In this document: one piece after another, positions 34,248-42,518 of the stretch | Layout: the number at the start of each line of letters is the position of its first letter | Position numbering within the stretch: the first letter of the stretch is position 1 | NCBI GenBank assembly: GCA_050174015.1 | Contig: JBFXKG010000002.1 | Location: forward strand, 218,252 to 282,251 | Direction of reading: 5' to 3' | Source of the DNA: Candidatus Krumholzibacteriia bacterium | GTDB taxonomy: Bacteria; Krumholzibacteriota; Krumholzibacteriia; LZORAL124-64-63 | DNA length: 64,000 nucleotides | Position numbers and translations under genes: made by a program | Notes under the pieces: generated by a model | Seen by the model: the letters and a program-made list of their open reading frames with translations, nothing else | Databases searched by the model: none | What the model was told of the DNA's origin: nothing

Positions 34248-35395
34248 CCCCCGGGTTCGACCGCCCTCCCGACCGGCGGGGGACCGACTCCCTCAAGTGG
34301 CGGAGATACGACCCGGAGGACGTGCTGCCCCTCTGGGTCGCGGACATGGACTTCGCGTCCCCGCCCGCGGTGGTCGCCGCCCTGCAGGAGCGGGTGGCCC
34401 ACGGGGTCTTCGGGTACGGCGAGCCCGTCCCGGCCCTGGTGGAGGCGGTGACGGGGGCCCTGGAGGAGGCGTTCGGCTGGCGGGTCGAACCGGACTGGAT
34501 CGTGTGGCTGCCCGGACTGGTCAGCGGATTGAGCGTGGCCTGCCGGGCGGTCGGGGAGCCGGGCCGGGGGGTGGGCGTGGCCGCGCCGGTCTATCCCCCG
34601 TTCCTGCGCGTCCCTCCGCTCATGGACCGCAAGACGGTCCGGATGCCCCTGGGAGGTGACAACGTCCAGGGCTGGCGCCTGGACTGCGACCTGCTGGAGG
34701 CGAACTGGGATCCGGACGTCAGGCTCTTCCTCCTGTGCCATCCCCACAACCCGGTGGGCAGGGTGTGGACGGCAGCCGAGCTCGAGGATTTCGCCGCCCT
34801 CTGCCTGGCCCGAGATACCGTCATCTGCAGCGACGAGATCCACAACCAGCTCGTCCTGGAACCTGGCCTGCGGCATCGCCCCCTGGCCACCCTGGATCCC
34901 GAGTTCGCCCGCAAGACCATCACCCTGCTGGCGCCGAGCAAGACCTTCAACATCGCCGGTCTGGGCTGTTCCCTGGCGGTGATTCCCGAGCCGGCGCTGC
35001 GTCGCCGCTTCGACCGGGCCCGGGCCGGGATCGTTCCCGATCCCAACATCCTGGGCATGCAGGCCGCCGCCGCGGCCTGGTCCGCAGGCGGGAGTTGGCT
35101 TGCCGAACTCCTGGATTACCTGCGGGGGAACCGGGATCTCCTGGCCGGGCGCATCGCGGGCCTGCCCGGCGTCACCATGGCCCCCGTCGAGGCCACCTAC
35201 CTGGCCTGGCTGGACGTCCGCGCCCTGGGCCTGGAGGAACCGCACGCCTACTTCCTGAAGCACGGACTCGGCTTCTCCGACGGCGCCGAATTCGGTGCGC
35301 CGGGCTTCCTGCGCCTGAATTTCGGGTGTTCCCGCTCTCTCCTGTCCGAAGCCTGCGCCCGGCTGGACCGGGCGGTCGCGCTGATCGGAAGCTGA
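34244..35395 (+). CDS. PatB/MalY family cystathionine beta-lyase (PLP)
   Basis: LPLWVADMDF, CHPHNPVG, SDEIH, APSKTFNIAGL, ATYLAWLD. Confidence 0.92.
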   Translation: MTPGFDRPPDRRGTDSLKWRRYDPEDVLPLWVADMDFASPPAVVAALQERVAHGVFGYGEPVPALVEAVTGALEEAFGWRVEPDWIVWLPGLVSGLSVACRAVGEPGRGVGVAAPVYPPFLRVPPLMDRKTVRMPLGGDNVQGWRLDCDLLEANWDPDVRLFLLCHPHNPVGRVWTAAELEDFAALCLARDTVICSDEIHNQLVLEPGLRHRPLATLDPEFARKTITLLAPSKTFNIAGLGCSLAVIPEPALRRRFDRARAGIVPDPNILGMQAAAAAWSAGGSWLAELLDYLRGNRDLLAGRIAGLPGVTMAPVEATYLAWLDVRALGLEEPHAYFLKHGLGFSDGAEFGAPGFLRLNFGCSRSLLSEACARLDRAVALIGS

Positions 35396-35712
35396 GGGGC
35401 GGCTCCCGCCCCGGTTTCCCCGCTCCAGAGGGAGGATCCTGGACTTTCCCGCAGGGCGGACCGGGTTGCTCGATTCCCGTTTTCCCCAATGATTATTTTG
35501 TCAAAATTGTTGCAAATTATTGATTTTGTTGGCGTTGTTGTATTTTGAGAGTGTTTTCAGTAAAGGATCCGGTTAATGGGGCAAAAAAAATCAGGTTAAG
35601 GTTGCCAAAAACGGCGGAATATGGCAGGATGACCTCATTCGAAGGGACTCACGTCCTTGGCCGGGAGAGTCTCGAAAGTGATTTATCCATCATATCGCCT
35701 CAGGGGGTAGAC

Positions 35713-36294
35713 ATGAAAACCTTGGTCATTGCTTTGGCGCTGGTCACCCTGGCAGGCTCCGCCTTCGGGCAGGCCTACTGGGAGGACAACATCGGGATGT
35801 ACTACAACGAAGACGGGACCAACTACTGCTGCGGGGCTCCTCCGGGAACCTTCGTGGACGTGTACCTGGTCCTCACTCACGCCACCAGCGCGACCGTGGC
35901 GGGATGGGAGGCCAAGCTGACCTTCGAAGGCGCCTGGTTCCCCGTTTCCTTCACGCCGCGCTACGATCACATCAACGCAGCCACCCGTCCCAACGAATAC
36001 ATCGTCGGTCTCGGCACGCCTCAAGCGACCATCGGCGGCGCGGTGGTCCTGATGGACATCCGCCTCTACAACACGGACGGGTTCATCCCCTCCTACGGGT
36101 ACGTGGGTCCCATCTACTTCCACTCCGTTCCGGAGCAGCTGCCGGCCTATCTGGACGGCGCCGATCTGGAGCTTGTCAAGCCCATGTATCCGAGCCTCGG
36201 CAGCATCCACGACTGGGTCATCAGCCTGAACAACGGCTGCGTGGTCGAGGACGAGAACACCAGCTTCGGGACGGTCAAGTCCTTGTTCCGCTAG
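35713..36294 (+). CDS. Secreted hypothetical protein (193 aa), paralog A, with C-terminal SFGTVKSLFR motif
   Basis: Signal peptide AFG-Q; clearly similar to 36573..37154; own terminator. Confidence 0.85.
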   Translation: MKTLVIALALVTLAGSAFGQAYWEDNIGMYYNEDGTNYCCGAPPGTFVDVYLVLTHATSATVAGWEAKLTFEGAWFPVSFTPRYDHINAATRPNEYIVGLGTPQATIGGAVVLMDIRLYNTDGFIPSYGYVGPIYFHSVPEQLPAYLDGADLELVKPMYPSLGSIHDWVISLNNGCVVEDENTSFGTVKSLFR

Positions 36295-36316
36295 GTTCTC
36301 TCCGGTCCGGTGATCG

Positions 36317-36350
36317 ATCCCCCGTGTGCCAAGGCACGGGGGATTTTTTT
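36317..36350 (+). terminator. Intrinsic terminator
   Basis: ATCCCCCGTG/CACGGGGGAT stem followed by a T-tract. Confidence 0.85.
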
Positions 36351-36495
36351 GGGGGGAATCCGTCGGAAATTCATGCAGCTGGATTATAATTGCCACGATG
36401 GGAACGACTTATGGATATTTTGAACCGATTTGATCGGTTTTTCGGGTAAAAAAAAGTACGACATGGCATTTTTTTGTGTCTCGGGACTTGATTTA

Positions 36496-36504
36496 TGTTA
36501 TAAT
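36496..36504 (+). promoter_or_regulatory. Consensus extended -10 promoter of paralog B
   Basis: TG-T-TATAAT in an AT-rich region about 70 bp upstream of ATG 36573. Confidence 0.65.
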
Positions 36505-36572
36505 TTCAATCAGTCAATCACCCTTCGCCGGGCTTCGCCCATGACCTTTCACACTTCATAGGAGCGACAACA

Positions 36573-37154
36573 ATGAAGAAGTTGATCCTCGCAACCGCAC
36601 TCGTCGCCATGGCCATTGGCGGCTCCGCATTCGCCCAGCTGAATTGGGAAGACAACATCGGCCTGTACTTCGATGAGGGCGCCACCTCCTATTGCGGCAC
36701 CGCTCCCATCGGCTTCACCCACGCCTTCCTGGTTCTCACCCACTGCACCAGCCCCAGCGTCGGCGGCTGGGAAGCCAAGGTCACCTTCGAGGGCGGCGTC
36801 ACGCAGACCGCCGCGGCCCTTTACGGTCTGACCATCAACGCGGCCACCCGCCCGAACGAGTTCATCGTCGGTCTGGGTCAGCCCCTGGTCGCCGTCAACG
36901 GTTCCGTGGTCCTGGCCGACTTCACCCTGTACGCCACCGGCGGCCCGGGCTACGGCTTCGTCGGCCCGGTCTACTTCGACAGCCTCCAGAACAACCTGCC
37001 TGCCTACCTGGACGGCAACGACCCCGAGCTGGTCAAGCCCATGCTGCCCAGCCTGGGCGGGATCTTCGACCCCGTGCTGATCGTCAACGGCGACTGCGGC
37101 CCGGTGGAAAACGAAGACGCCAGCTTCGGCGGCGTGAAGGCCCTGTTCCGGTAG
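36573..37154 (+). CDS. Secreted hypothetical protein (193 aa), paralog B, with C-terminal SFGGVKALFR motif
   Basis: AGGAG RBS; signal peptide AFA-Q; WEDNIG, GWEAK.TFEG, INAATRPNE and PAYLDG shared with paralog A. Confidence 0.88.
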   Translation: MKKLILATALVAMAIGGSAFAQLNWEDNIGLYFDEGATSYCGTAPIGFTHAFLVLTHCTSPSVGGWEAKVTFEGGVTQTAAALYGLTINAATRPNEFIVGLGQPLVAVNGSVVLADFTLYATGGPGYGFVGPVYFDSLQNNLPAYLDGNDPELVKPMLPSLGGIFDPVLIVNGDCGPVENEDASFGGVKALFR

Positions 37155-37189
37155 ATCGCAACGGTGGCCTCCGGCCACATGCTCGCTCT

Positions 37190-37225
37190 ATGAAGACGGC
37201 CGCCGTTTCCGGCGGCCGTCTTCAT
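37190..37225. terminator. Perfect 16-bp hairpin between convergent genes
   Basis: ATGAAGACGGCCGCCG-TTTC-CGGCGGCCGTCTTCAT. Confidence 0.8.
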
Positions 37226-37247
37226 TCGGCCCAGGCCGTCGAGGCCC

Positions 37248-39047
37248 TCACCGGGCCAGCAAGCCCCCCCGCTGATAGATGTCCATCTGCACCCGGCTGA
37301 ACGGTTCGGCCCTGAGGCCGCCCCCTTCCCAGGTGATCGCGCCGGTGTTCAGGTCCACCCTGATGGCCTGGCCGTTCTGAAGTCCGGCATCCCTCAGGTC
37401 GGCCACCAGGACCGGCAGCCCGGCGTTGATGGCGTTCCGCTCGTAGATGGCCCCGTAGCTGGGAGCGATGAGCGCGCCGACGCCCAAGGTCAGGAAGCAG
37501 TCGACGGCCTGCTGGCGGCTGCTGCCGCAGCCGAAGTTCGGCCCCACGACCACGAAGTCGCCGGGGGCGACCTTCGCGGGGAAGTCCTCCCAGCCGGGGA
37601 GATTGCCGAAGGCGTATCGTCCCATCTCGGCCGGATCGGTCACCGCCAGGTGGCGATTGTGGAAGATCATGTCGGTGTCGATGTTGGCCTCGTTCACCAG
37701 CCACACCCGGCCGTCGAGGACGGTCGGCTTGGCGGCGGTCGCTCCTGCTGCGGCCGGGGCCTTGGCCGCGGGCTTGCCGGCGGTGGGCAGGATGGGCCGG
37801 GGCTCGGTGATGGCGTCCTCGGTGGTGAGGATGCCGCTGATGGCGCTGGCGGCGGCGGTGGCGGGGCTGGCGAGGTAGACCTCGCCCTTGCCCTGCTTCC
37901 CGGCGAAGTTGCGGTTGCCCGTCGAGACGGTGACTTCCCTGGGGCCGTTCTGGCCGATCTGGCCGGCCGCGCAGCCGGCGCAACCGGCGTTGCCGACCAA
38001 AGCGCCGGCCGCCATGAGGTCGGCGATGAGGCCCTCGGCCATCGCCTGCTCCCAGATGCGGCGGGTGGCCGGGACGACCTTCAGGACCACGTGGGGCGCC
38101 ACCTTGCGCCCCTTGAGGATCCGGGCGGCGATCCGCAGGTCGCTGATGCGGCCGTTGGTGCAGGATCCGATGAAGACCGAGTCGATGGGGCGGCCCGCCA
38201 CCTCGCTCACCGGCACCGCGTCCTCGGGGTGTCCGGGCCGTGCGGCCATGGGCTCCAGCCCCGCGATGTCGATCTCGACGGTGCGGACGTACTCGGCGTC
38301 GGGGTCGGCGGCGATGGAGGGGAAACGGATCCCGCTGAGGTCCTCGAGCTCCTTCAGGACGCCCTCGCTGGGCTCGAACAGCGCGATGATGCCGCCCATC
38401 TCGGTGGCCATGCTGGCGATGGTGATGCGGCTCTCGAGGTCCAGGTTCTCCACCACGTCGCCGTAGATCTCCGCGGCGCAGCCCAGCAGCCCGTCGGCGC
38501 CCAGGCTCCGGGCCATGCACAGGACGATGTCCTTGGCGCGGGCGCGGGGTCCGGGAACGCCATCGAGGATGATCTTGACCGTGGGGGGGACCTTGAACCA
38601 GACCTTGCCCTCGGCCCAGGCCGCGGCGATGTCCTGATCGCCCATGCCCTGGCCGAAGGCCCCGACGGCGCCCATGATGTTGGCGTGGCTGTCGGTGCTG
38701 ACGAAGGTCGAGCCCGGTCCCACCAGGCCTTCCTCCAGGGCCAGGTGCGTGCCGATGCCCTGCGTGACGTCCCTCAGACCGATGCCGTACTCACGGGCGA
38801 AGAGGCGGCAGAAGTGCTGGTTCGCCGCGTAACCCTGATCGCTGCCGCCGGGGTTGGTGTCGAAGGTGAAGAGGGTCTTGCCGGGATCGTCGATGCCCAG
38901 GCCGGCCTGCTGCAGGTTCTTCACGACGTTGGCTCCGCCGAAATCCCTGGCCGCCCTGACGTCGATGACGACGTTGGCGATCTCGCCGGGCCTGGCGGGG
39001 CGGTCGCTGTGACCGGCGATGATCTTCTCGATGATGGTCCTTCCCAC
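37248..39047 (-). CDS. Fused 3-isopropylmalate dehydratase/homoaconitase-type large and small subunit (aconitase family)
   Basis: DSHAN, GSCTNGR, CAGC, STGNRNF, YLASP (large subunit); Ala/Pro linker; NIDTDMI, NFGCGSSRQQA, IYERNAINAG (small subunit). Confidence 0.9.
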   Translation of the reverse strand: MGRTIIEKIIAGHSDRPARPGEIANVVIDVRAARDFGGANVVKNLQQAGLGIDDPGKTLFTFDTNPGGSDQGYAANQHFCRLFAREYGIGLRDVTQGIGTHLALEEGLVGPGSTFVSTDSHANIMGAVGAFGQGMGDQDIAAAWAEGKVWFKVPPTVKIILDGVPGPRARAKDIVLCMARSLGADGLLGCAAEIYGDVVENLDLESRITIASMATEMGGIIALFEPSEGVLKELEDLSGIRFPSIAADPDAEYVRTVEIDIAGLEPMAARPGHPEDAVPVSEVAGRPIDSVFIGSCTNGRISDLRIAARILKGRKVAPHVVLKVVPATRRIWEQAMAEGLIADLMAAGALVGNAGCAGCAAGQIGQNGPREVTVSTGNRNFAGKQGKGEVYLASPATAAASAISGILTTEDAITEPRPILPTAGKPAAKAPAAAGATAAKPTVLDGRVWLVNEANIDTDMIFHNRHLAVTDPAEMGRYAFGNLPGWEDFPAKVAPGDFVVVGPNFGCGSSRQQAVDCFLTLGVGALIAPSYGAIYERNAINAGLPVLVADLRDAGLQNGQAIRVDLNTGAITWEGGGLRAEPFSRVQMDIYQRGGLLAR

Positions 39048-39048
39048 G

Positions 39049-39855
39049 TCAGTCCTCCTCGTCCGGGGGGGCGAATCCCAGCTGGGGTTCCCGGCCTTCC
39101 TGCCAGGCCCGCAGCCCTTCGGTCGTTTCCAGGGATTGCCAGCACTGCTGCTGGGATTCCCATTCCAGGGAGAGCATGGAGGTCATGTCGAGGCCGGCGG
39201 CGTTCTGCACCGCCATCTTGAGCAGGCGCACGGCGGGTTGGGGCAGGGTCCGCAGGCGCCCCGTCAGGTTGTCCAGTTCCTGTTCCCAGGATTCCTCGGG
39301 GACAAGGCGGTCGATCAGGCCGATCGCATGGGCCTCGGCGGCCCCCAGGGTGCGGCCCGACAGCAGGAGTTCGAGGGTGCGGCCGGGCCCGATCAGACGC
39401 GGCAGGTGGTGGCTCAATCCCCAGCCCGGGAGCAGCCCGCCCACGAGGTCGGGGGGGGTGAAGGACGCCGTCGGTGTCGCCAGACGAACGTCCGCGGCCA
39501 GGAAGAAGGCGAAACCGAGATCGCGGATGTCCCCCCGGGTCGCGGCCAGGACCGGCTTGGTCAGGTCGGCCATCATGGTGACGATCTTGCGTCCCAGCTC
39601 CATGGCGATCTCGATCCTTTCGACCCCTTCGTTGCGCAGGTGGGCTGCGGAGAGGTTGTCGAGATCGTTATGGAAGTCGAAGGCGTGGTCGCCGTCGGTG
39701 AACACGAGAGCCCGGACGGCGCGGTCCTCCTGGAGGCGCAGGGTCAGATCCAGGAACTCGTCACAGAGATCCTCGATGTCCGGGGCGCCGGGTCCGATCA
39801 GCCGGATGGTCGCGCATCCCTCGGCGATCTCGCAGTCGAAGTTCTGGTATTCCAT
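39049..39855 (-). CDS. Enoyl-CoA hydratase/isomerase (crotonase-fold) protein with degenerate active site
   Basis: KPVLAA..G, AAD.RLA, G..PGWG, LPRLIG..R..ELLLSGR, A.EA..IGL. Confidence 0.8.
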   Translation of the reverse strand: MEYQNFDCEIAEGCATIRLIGPGAPDIEDLCDEFLDLTLRLQEDRAVRALVFTDGDHAFDFHNDLDNLSAAHLRNEGVERIEIAMELGRKIVTMMADLTKPVLAATRGDIRDLGFAFFLAADVRLATPTASFTPPDLVGGLLPGWGLSHHLPRLIGPGRTLELLLSGRTLGAAEAHAIGLIDRLVPEESWEQELDNLTGRLRTLPQPAVRLLKMAVQNAAGLDMTSMLSLEWESQQQCWQSLETTEGLRAWQEGREPQLGFAPPDEED

Positions 39856-39945
39856 GGTTCCATCCCGGGTTGAAGAAGGCCGGAAGGCCGGGTGCGCCGG
39901 ACCCCGGTCCGGCACGTGCCCCAAAAATACTCCATTCGGGGGCCC

Positions 39946-39973
39946 AGGCAAACCCGGCAAAGGCAAACCCGGC
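39946..39973 (+). repeat. 13-bp direct repeat in a divergent promoter region
   Basis: AGGCAAACCCGGC at 39946-39958 and 39961-39973. Confidence 0.8.
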
Positions 39974-40083
39974 CCGTGGACAGGACCGGACGGCTGGGCT
40001 AGAATCCCGGGTCCGGGGATCCCGGTTCCGGGGGCTCTTCCCCGGCACCGATTCCGATCCTGGCGTCTGGCGATCACGGAAGG

Positions 40084-41019
40084 ATGGGCATGCGCGTATT
40101 CCTCACCGGCGGCACCGGCCTCATCGGCCGTCAGCTCATCCCCCTGCTGATGGGGAGGGGGGCGACGGTCCTGTGCCTCAGCCGGGATCCCGCCTCCGCG
40201 CGCGCCGTCCTGCCCGCCGGCGTGGAGATCGTCGGTGGGGACCCCAACCTGCCCGGCGTGTGGCAGGACCGGGCGGCCCTGTGCGACGCGGTGGTGAACC
40301 TGGCGGGCGAATCGGTGGGATCGGGCCGGTGGACCGGCAGGCGCCGGATGCGGTTGCGACGGTCCCGGCTGGCCACGACCGCCCACGTCGCCGAGGCCGT
40401 GGCCCAGGCGTCCCAGCCGGTGGTCCTGGTCAACGCCTCGGCCGTGGGATACTACGGAGACGCGAAGGACCGGGCCCTGGGGGAGGACGCCCAGCCCGGC
40501 CAGGACTTCCTGGCCCGGCTGGCGGTGGAGTGGGAGCACTCGGCCCTGCAGGCCGAGAGGGATGGCGTGCGGGTGGCCTTGTTGCGGATCGGGGTCGTCC
40601 TGGCCCCGGAGGGCGGCGCGCTCGACCGCATGATCCCGCCGTTCAGGCTGGGGCTGGGAGGGCCTCTGGGCTCGGGCCGGCAGTACTTCCCCTGGATCCA
40701 CATCCGGGATCTCGTCGAGGCCATCCTGTTCATCATCGACGAACCGAGGATCGAGGGGCCGGTCAATGCGGTGGTGCCTTCGCCGCCGAGGCAGAAGGAA
40801 TTCGCGCGGGCCCTGGGCCGGGCCCTGGGCAAACCCGCGGTCCTGCCGGCCCCGGCGTTCGCCCTGCGGCTGCTCCTGGGGCGGCAGGCGGACCTGCTCC
40901 TGTTCGGCCAGCGGGCGCTTCCCAACGTCCTGAAGACCCACGGATTCAGGTTCAGGTTCCCCGAACTGGAGGCGGCGCTGGCCGACGTCCTGGGGGACCG
41001 GCCGGACTCCTCCGCCTGA
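40084..41019 (+). CDS. TIGR01777 family NAD-dependent epimerase-like SDR
   Basis: TGGTGLIG, VVNLAGE, SAVGYYG, GSGRQYFPWIHI.D; start may be 40090. Confidence 0.92.
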   Translation: MGMRVFLTGGTGLIGRQLIPLLMGRGATVLCLSRDPASARAVLPAGVEIVGGDPNLPGVWQDRAALCDAVVNLAGESVGSGRWTGRRRMRLRRSRLATTAHVAEAVAQASQPVVLVNASAVGYYGDAKDRALGEDAQPGQDFLARLAVEWEHSALQAERDGVRVALLRIGVVLAPEGGALDRMIPPFRLGLGGPLGSGRQYFPWIHIRDLVEAILFIIDEPRIEGPVNAVVPSPPRQKEFARALGRALGKPAVLPAPAFALRLLLGRQADLLLFGQRALPNVLKTHGFRFRFPELEAALADVLGDRPDSSA

Positions 41020-41037
41020 TCGGCCGGAAAGGCCGGT

Positions 41038-42222
41038 TCAGCCCACCACGAAGGCGTCCGCCTGGATGTCGCCCTTTTCGAAGCGATCCAGCGACAGGCT
41101 GGAGATGATGGGATCCTCGGCGCCGGTGGTGATGTGCTTCGCCATGCGCCTGCCGGTCATGGGGCCGAGCATGAAACCGTGGCCGCTGAACCCGCAGATG
41201 TGGTAGTACCCGTCGAGCCCCGGCACCCCGCCCAGGATGGGCCGGTGGTCGGGGGTGACGTCGTACATCCCCGCCCACTGGCGCATCATCCTGACGTTGC
41301 CGGCCCGCGGATAGAGATCGGTCAACGCCCGCGCGAAGCGGACGGCGAACCGCAGCTGGCTGCGCGTGTCGAACTGTCCGGGCTCGGTCCAGTGGGGTTC
41401 GGCGGGATCGCCGATGCCGCCGACGATCTCGCCCCGCATGCTCTGGCTGAAGTAGATCCCGTTGGTGATGGAGATCACCATGGGATCGAGGAAGGGCTTC
41501 AGGGATTCGCTGACCATGATCTCGTGCCGCTCCTGCCGGTTGGGCAGGCTCACGCCCACCGAGGCGGCGAGGTTGCGGGACCAGGGACCGGCGCAGTTGA
41601 CCAGGATGGGCGTGGCGATGGATCCGCGGTCGGTGTCCACCCGCGCGATGCGCCCGCCGGCGACGGTGATTCCGGTCACCGCGGTCCGGATGGAAATCTT
41701 CACGCCCAGGCGGTGGCACGCCCTGGCGTAGCCCCACACCACGGCGAAGGGATAGGCGGTGCCGTCCTTGGGACAGAAGGTGGCGCCCTTGAGCCGGCTG
41801 ACGTCCAGGTCCGGCACGATCTTCAGGCATTCGGACGGTTCGAGGAAGCTGGTCGGGACGTTGCAGCGGTTCTGCAGCTCGACGGCCCGGCGCAAGGCCG
41901 GCAGGTCCGCCTCGTTCTCGGTGATCATCAGGTAGCCGCCCTGGCGGAAGAACACCTGGTAGCCGAGCTCCGCGGACATGTTCTCGTACATGCCCACGCT
42001 TTCCTGGGCCAGGCGGATGTTCTCCTCGGTGGTCCATTGCTGGCGGATGCCGCCGCCGCAACGCCCGGTGGACCCGCTGCCGATGTAGCTCTTCTCGATC
42101 ACCACGATGTCGCGGACCCCCAGGCGGGCCAGCTCGTAGGCGGTGGTCAGGCCGTTGATGCCCGCCCCGACCACGACCGCGTCGGCGGTGGCGGGGACCG
42201 GGTCCCGGTTCAGGGGGATCAT
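41038..42222 (-). CDS. FAD-dependent oxidoreductase, sarcosine oxidase beta / L-proline dehydrogenase beta-like
   Basis: GAGING, GSTGRCGGG.RQQ, WAGMYDVTPD, GFSGHGFM. Confidence 0.88.
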   Translation of the reverse strand: MIPLNRDPVPATADAVVVGAGINGLTTAYELARLGVRDIVVIEKSYIGSGSTGRCGGGIRQQWTTEENIRLAQESVGMYENMSAELGYQVFFRQGGYLMITENEADLPALRRAVELQNRCNVPTSFLEPSECLKIVPDLDVSRLKGATFCPKDGTAYPFAVVWGYARACHRLGVKISIRTAVTGITVAGGRIARVDTDRGSIATPILVNCAGPWSRNLAASVGVSLPNRQERHEIMVSESLKPFLDPMVISITNGIYFSQSMRGEIVGGIGDPAEPHWTEPGQFDTRSQLRFAVRFARALTDLYPRAGNVRMMRQWAGMYDVTPDHRPILGGVPGLDGYYHICGFSGHGFMLGPMTGRRMAKHITTGAEDPIISSLSLDRFEKGDIQADAFVVG

Positions 42223-42518
42223 GGGTGCTCCTCCTCGGCTGCGGCGGGCACGTCCAGGGCCGCGAGCTGGGCGAAGGTCACCGGCTCGGCCGGGGGCCGG
42301 ATGTTCGTGGGCCGGATGTCCTGCGGCGGACACCCCCGCAACTCGGCGAGCAGGCCGGCGGCTTCGCTCAGGCAGCCCTTGCCCTGGCAGAAGCCCGTCC
42401 CCACACCCGTGTACCGCTTCAGGGATTCGATCTCGGTGAACCCTTCCCGGTAGGCTTCGCGGAATTCGCGGACCGTCACGTCCTCGCAGCGGCAGAGGAA
42501 GTTCTTGGGCTTGCTCAT
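42219..42518 (-). CDS. BFD-like [2Fe-2S]-binding protein
   Basis: LCRCEDVT...LKRYTGVGTGFCQGKGC...RPP; ATGA overlaps on both sides. Confidence 0.85.
   Translation of the reverse strand: MSKPKNFLCRCEDVTVREFREAYREGFTEIESLKRYTGVGTGFCQGKGCLSEAAGLLAELRGCPPQDIRPTNIRPPAEPVTFAQLAALDVPAAAEEEHP

Noticed and set aside
35480..37154. AT-rich patches as a horizontally acquired island
   Set aside because: Low GC is confined to intergenic DNA; the CDSs keep GC-rich third positions; no mobility genes or flanking repeats
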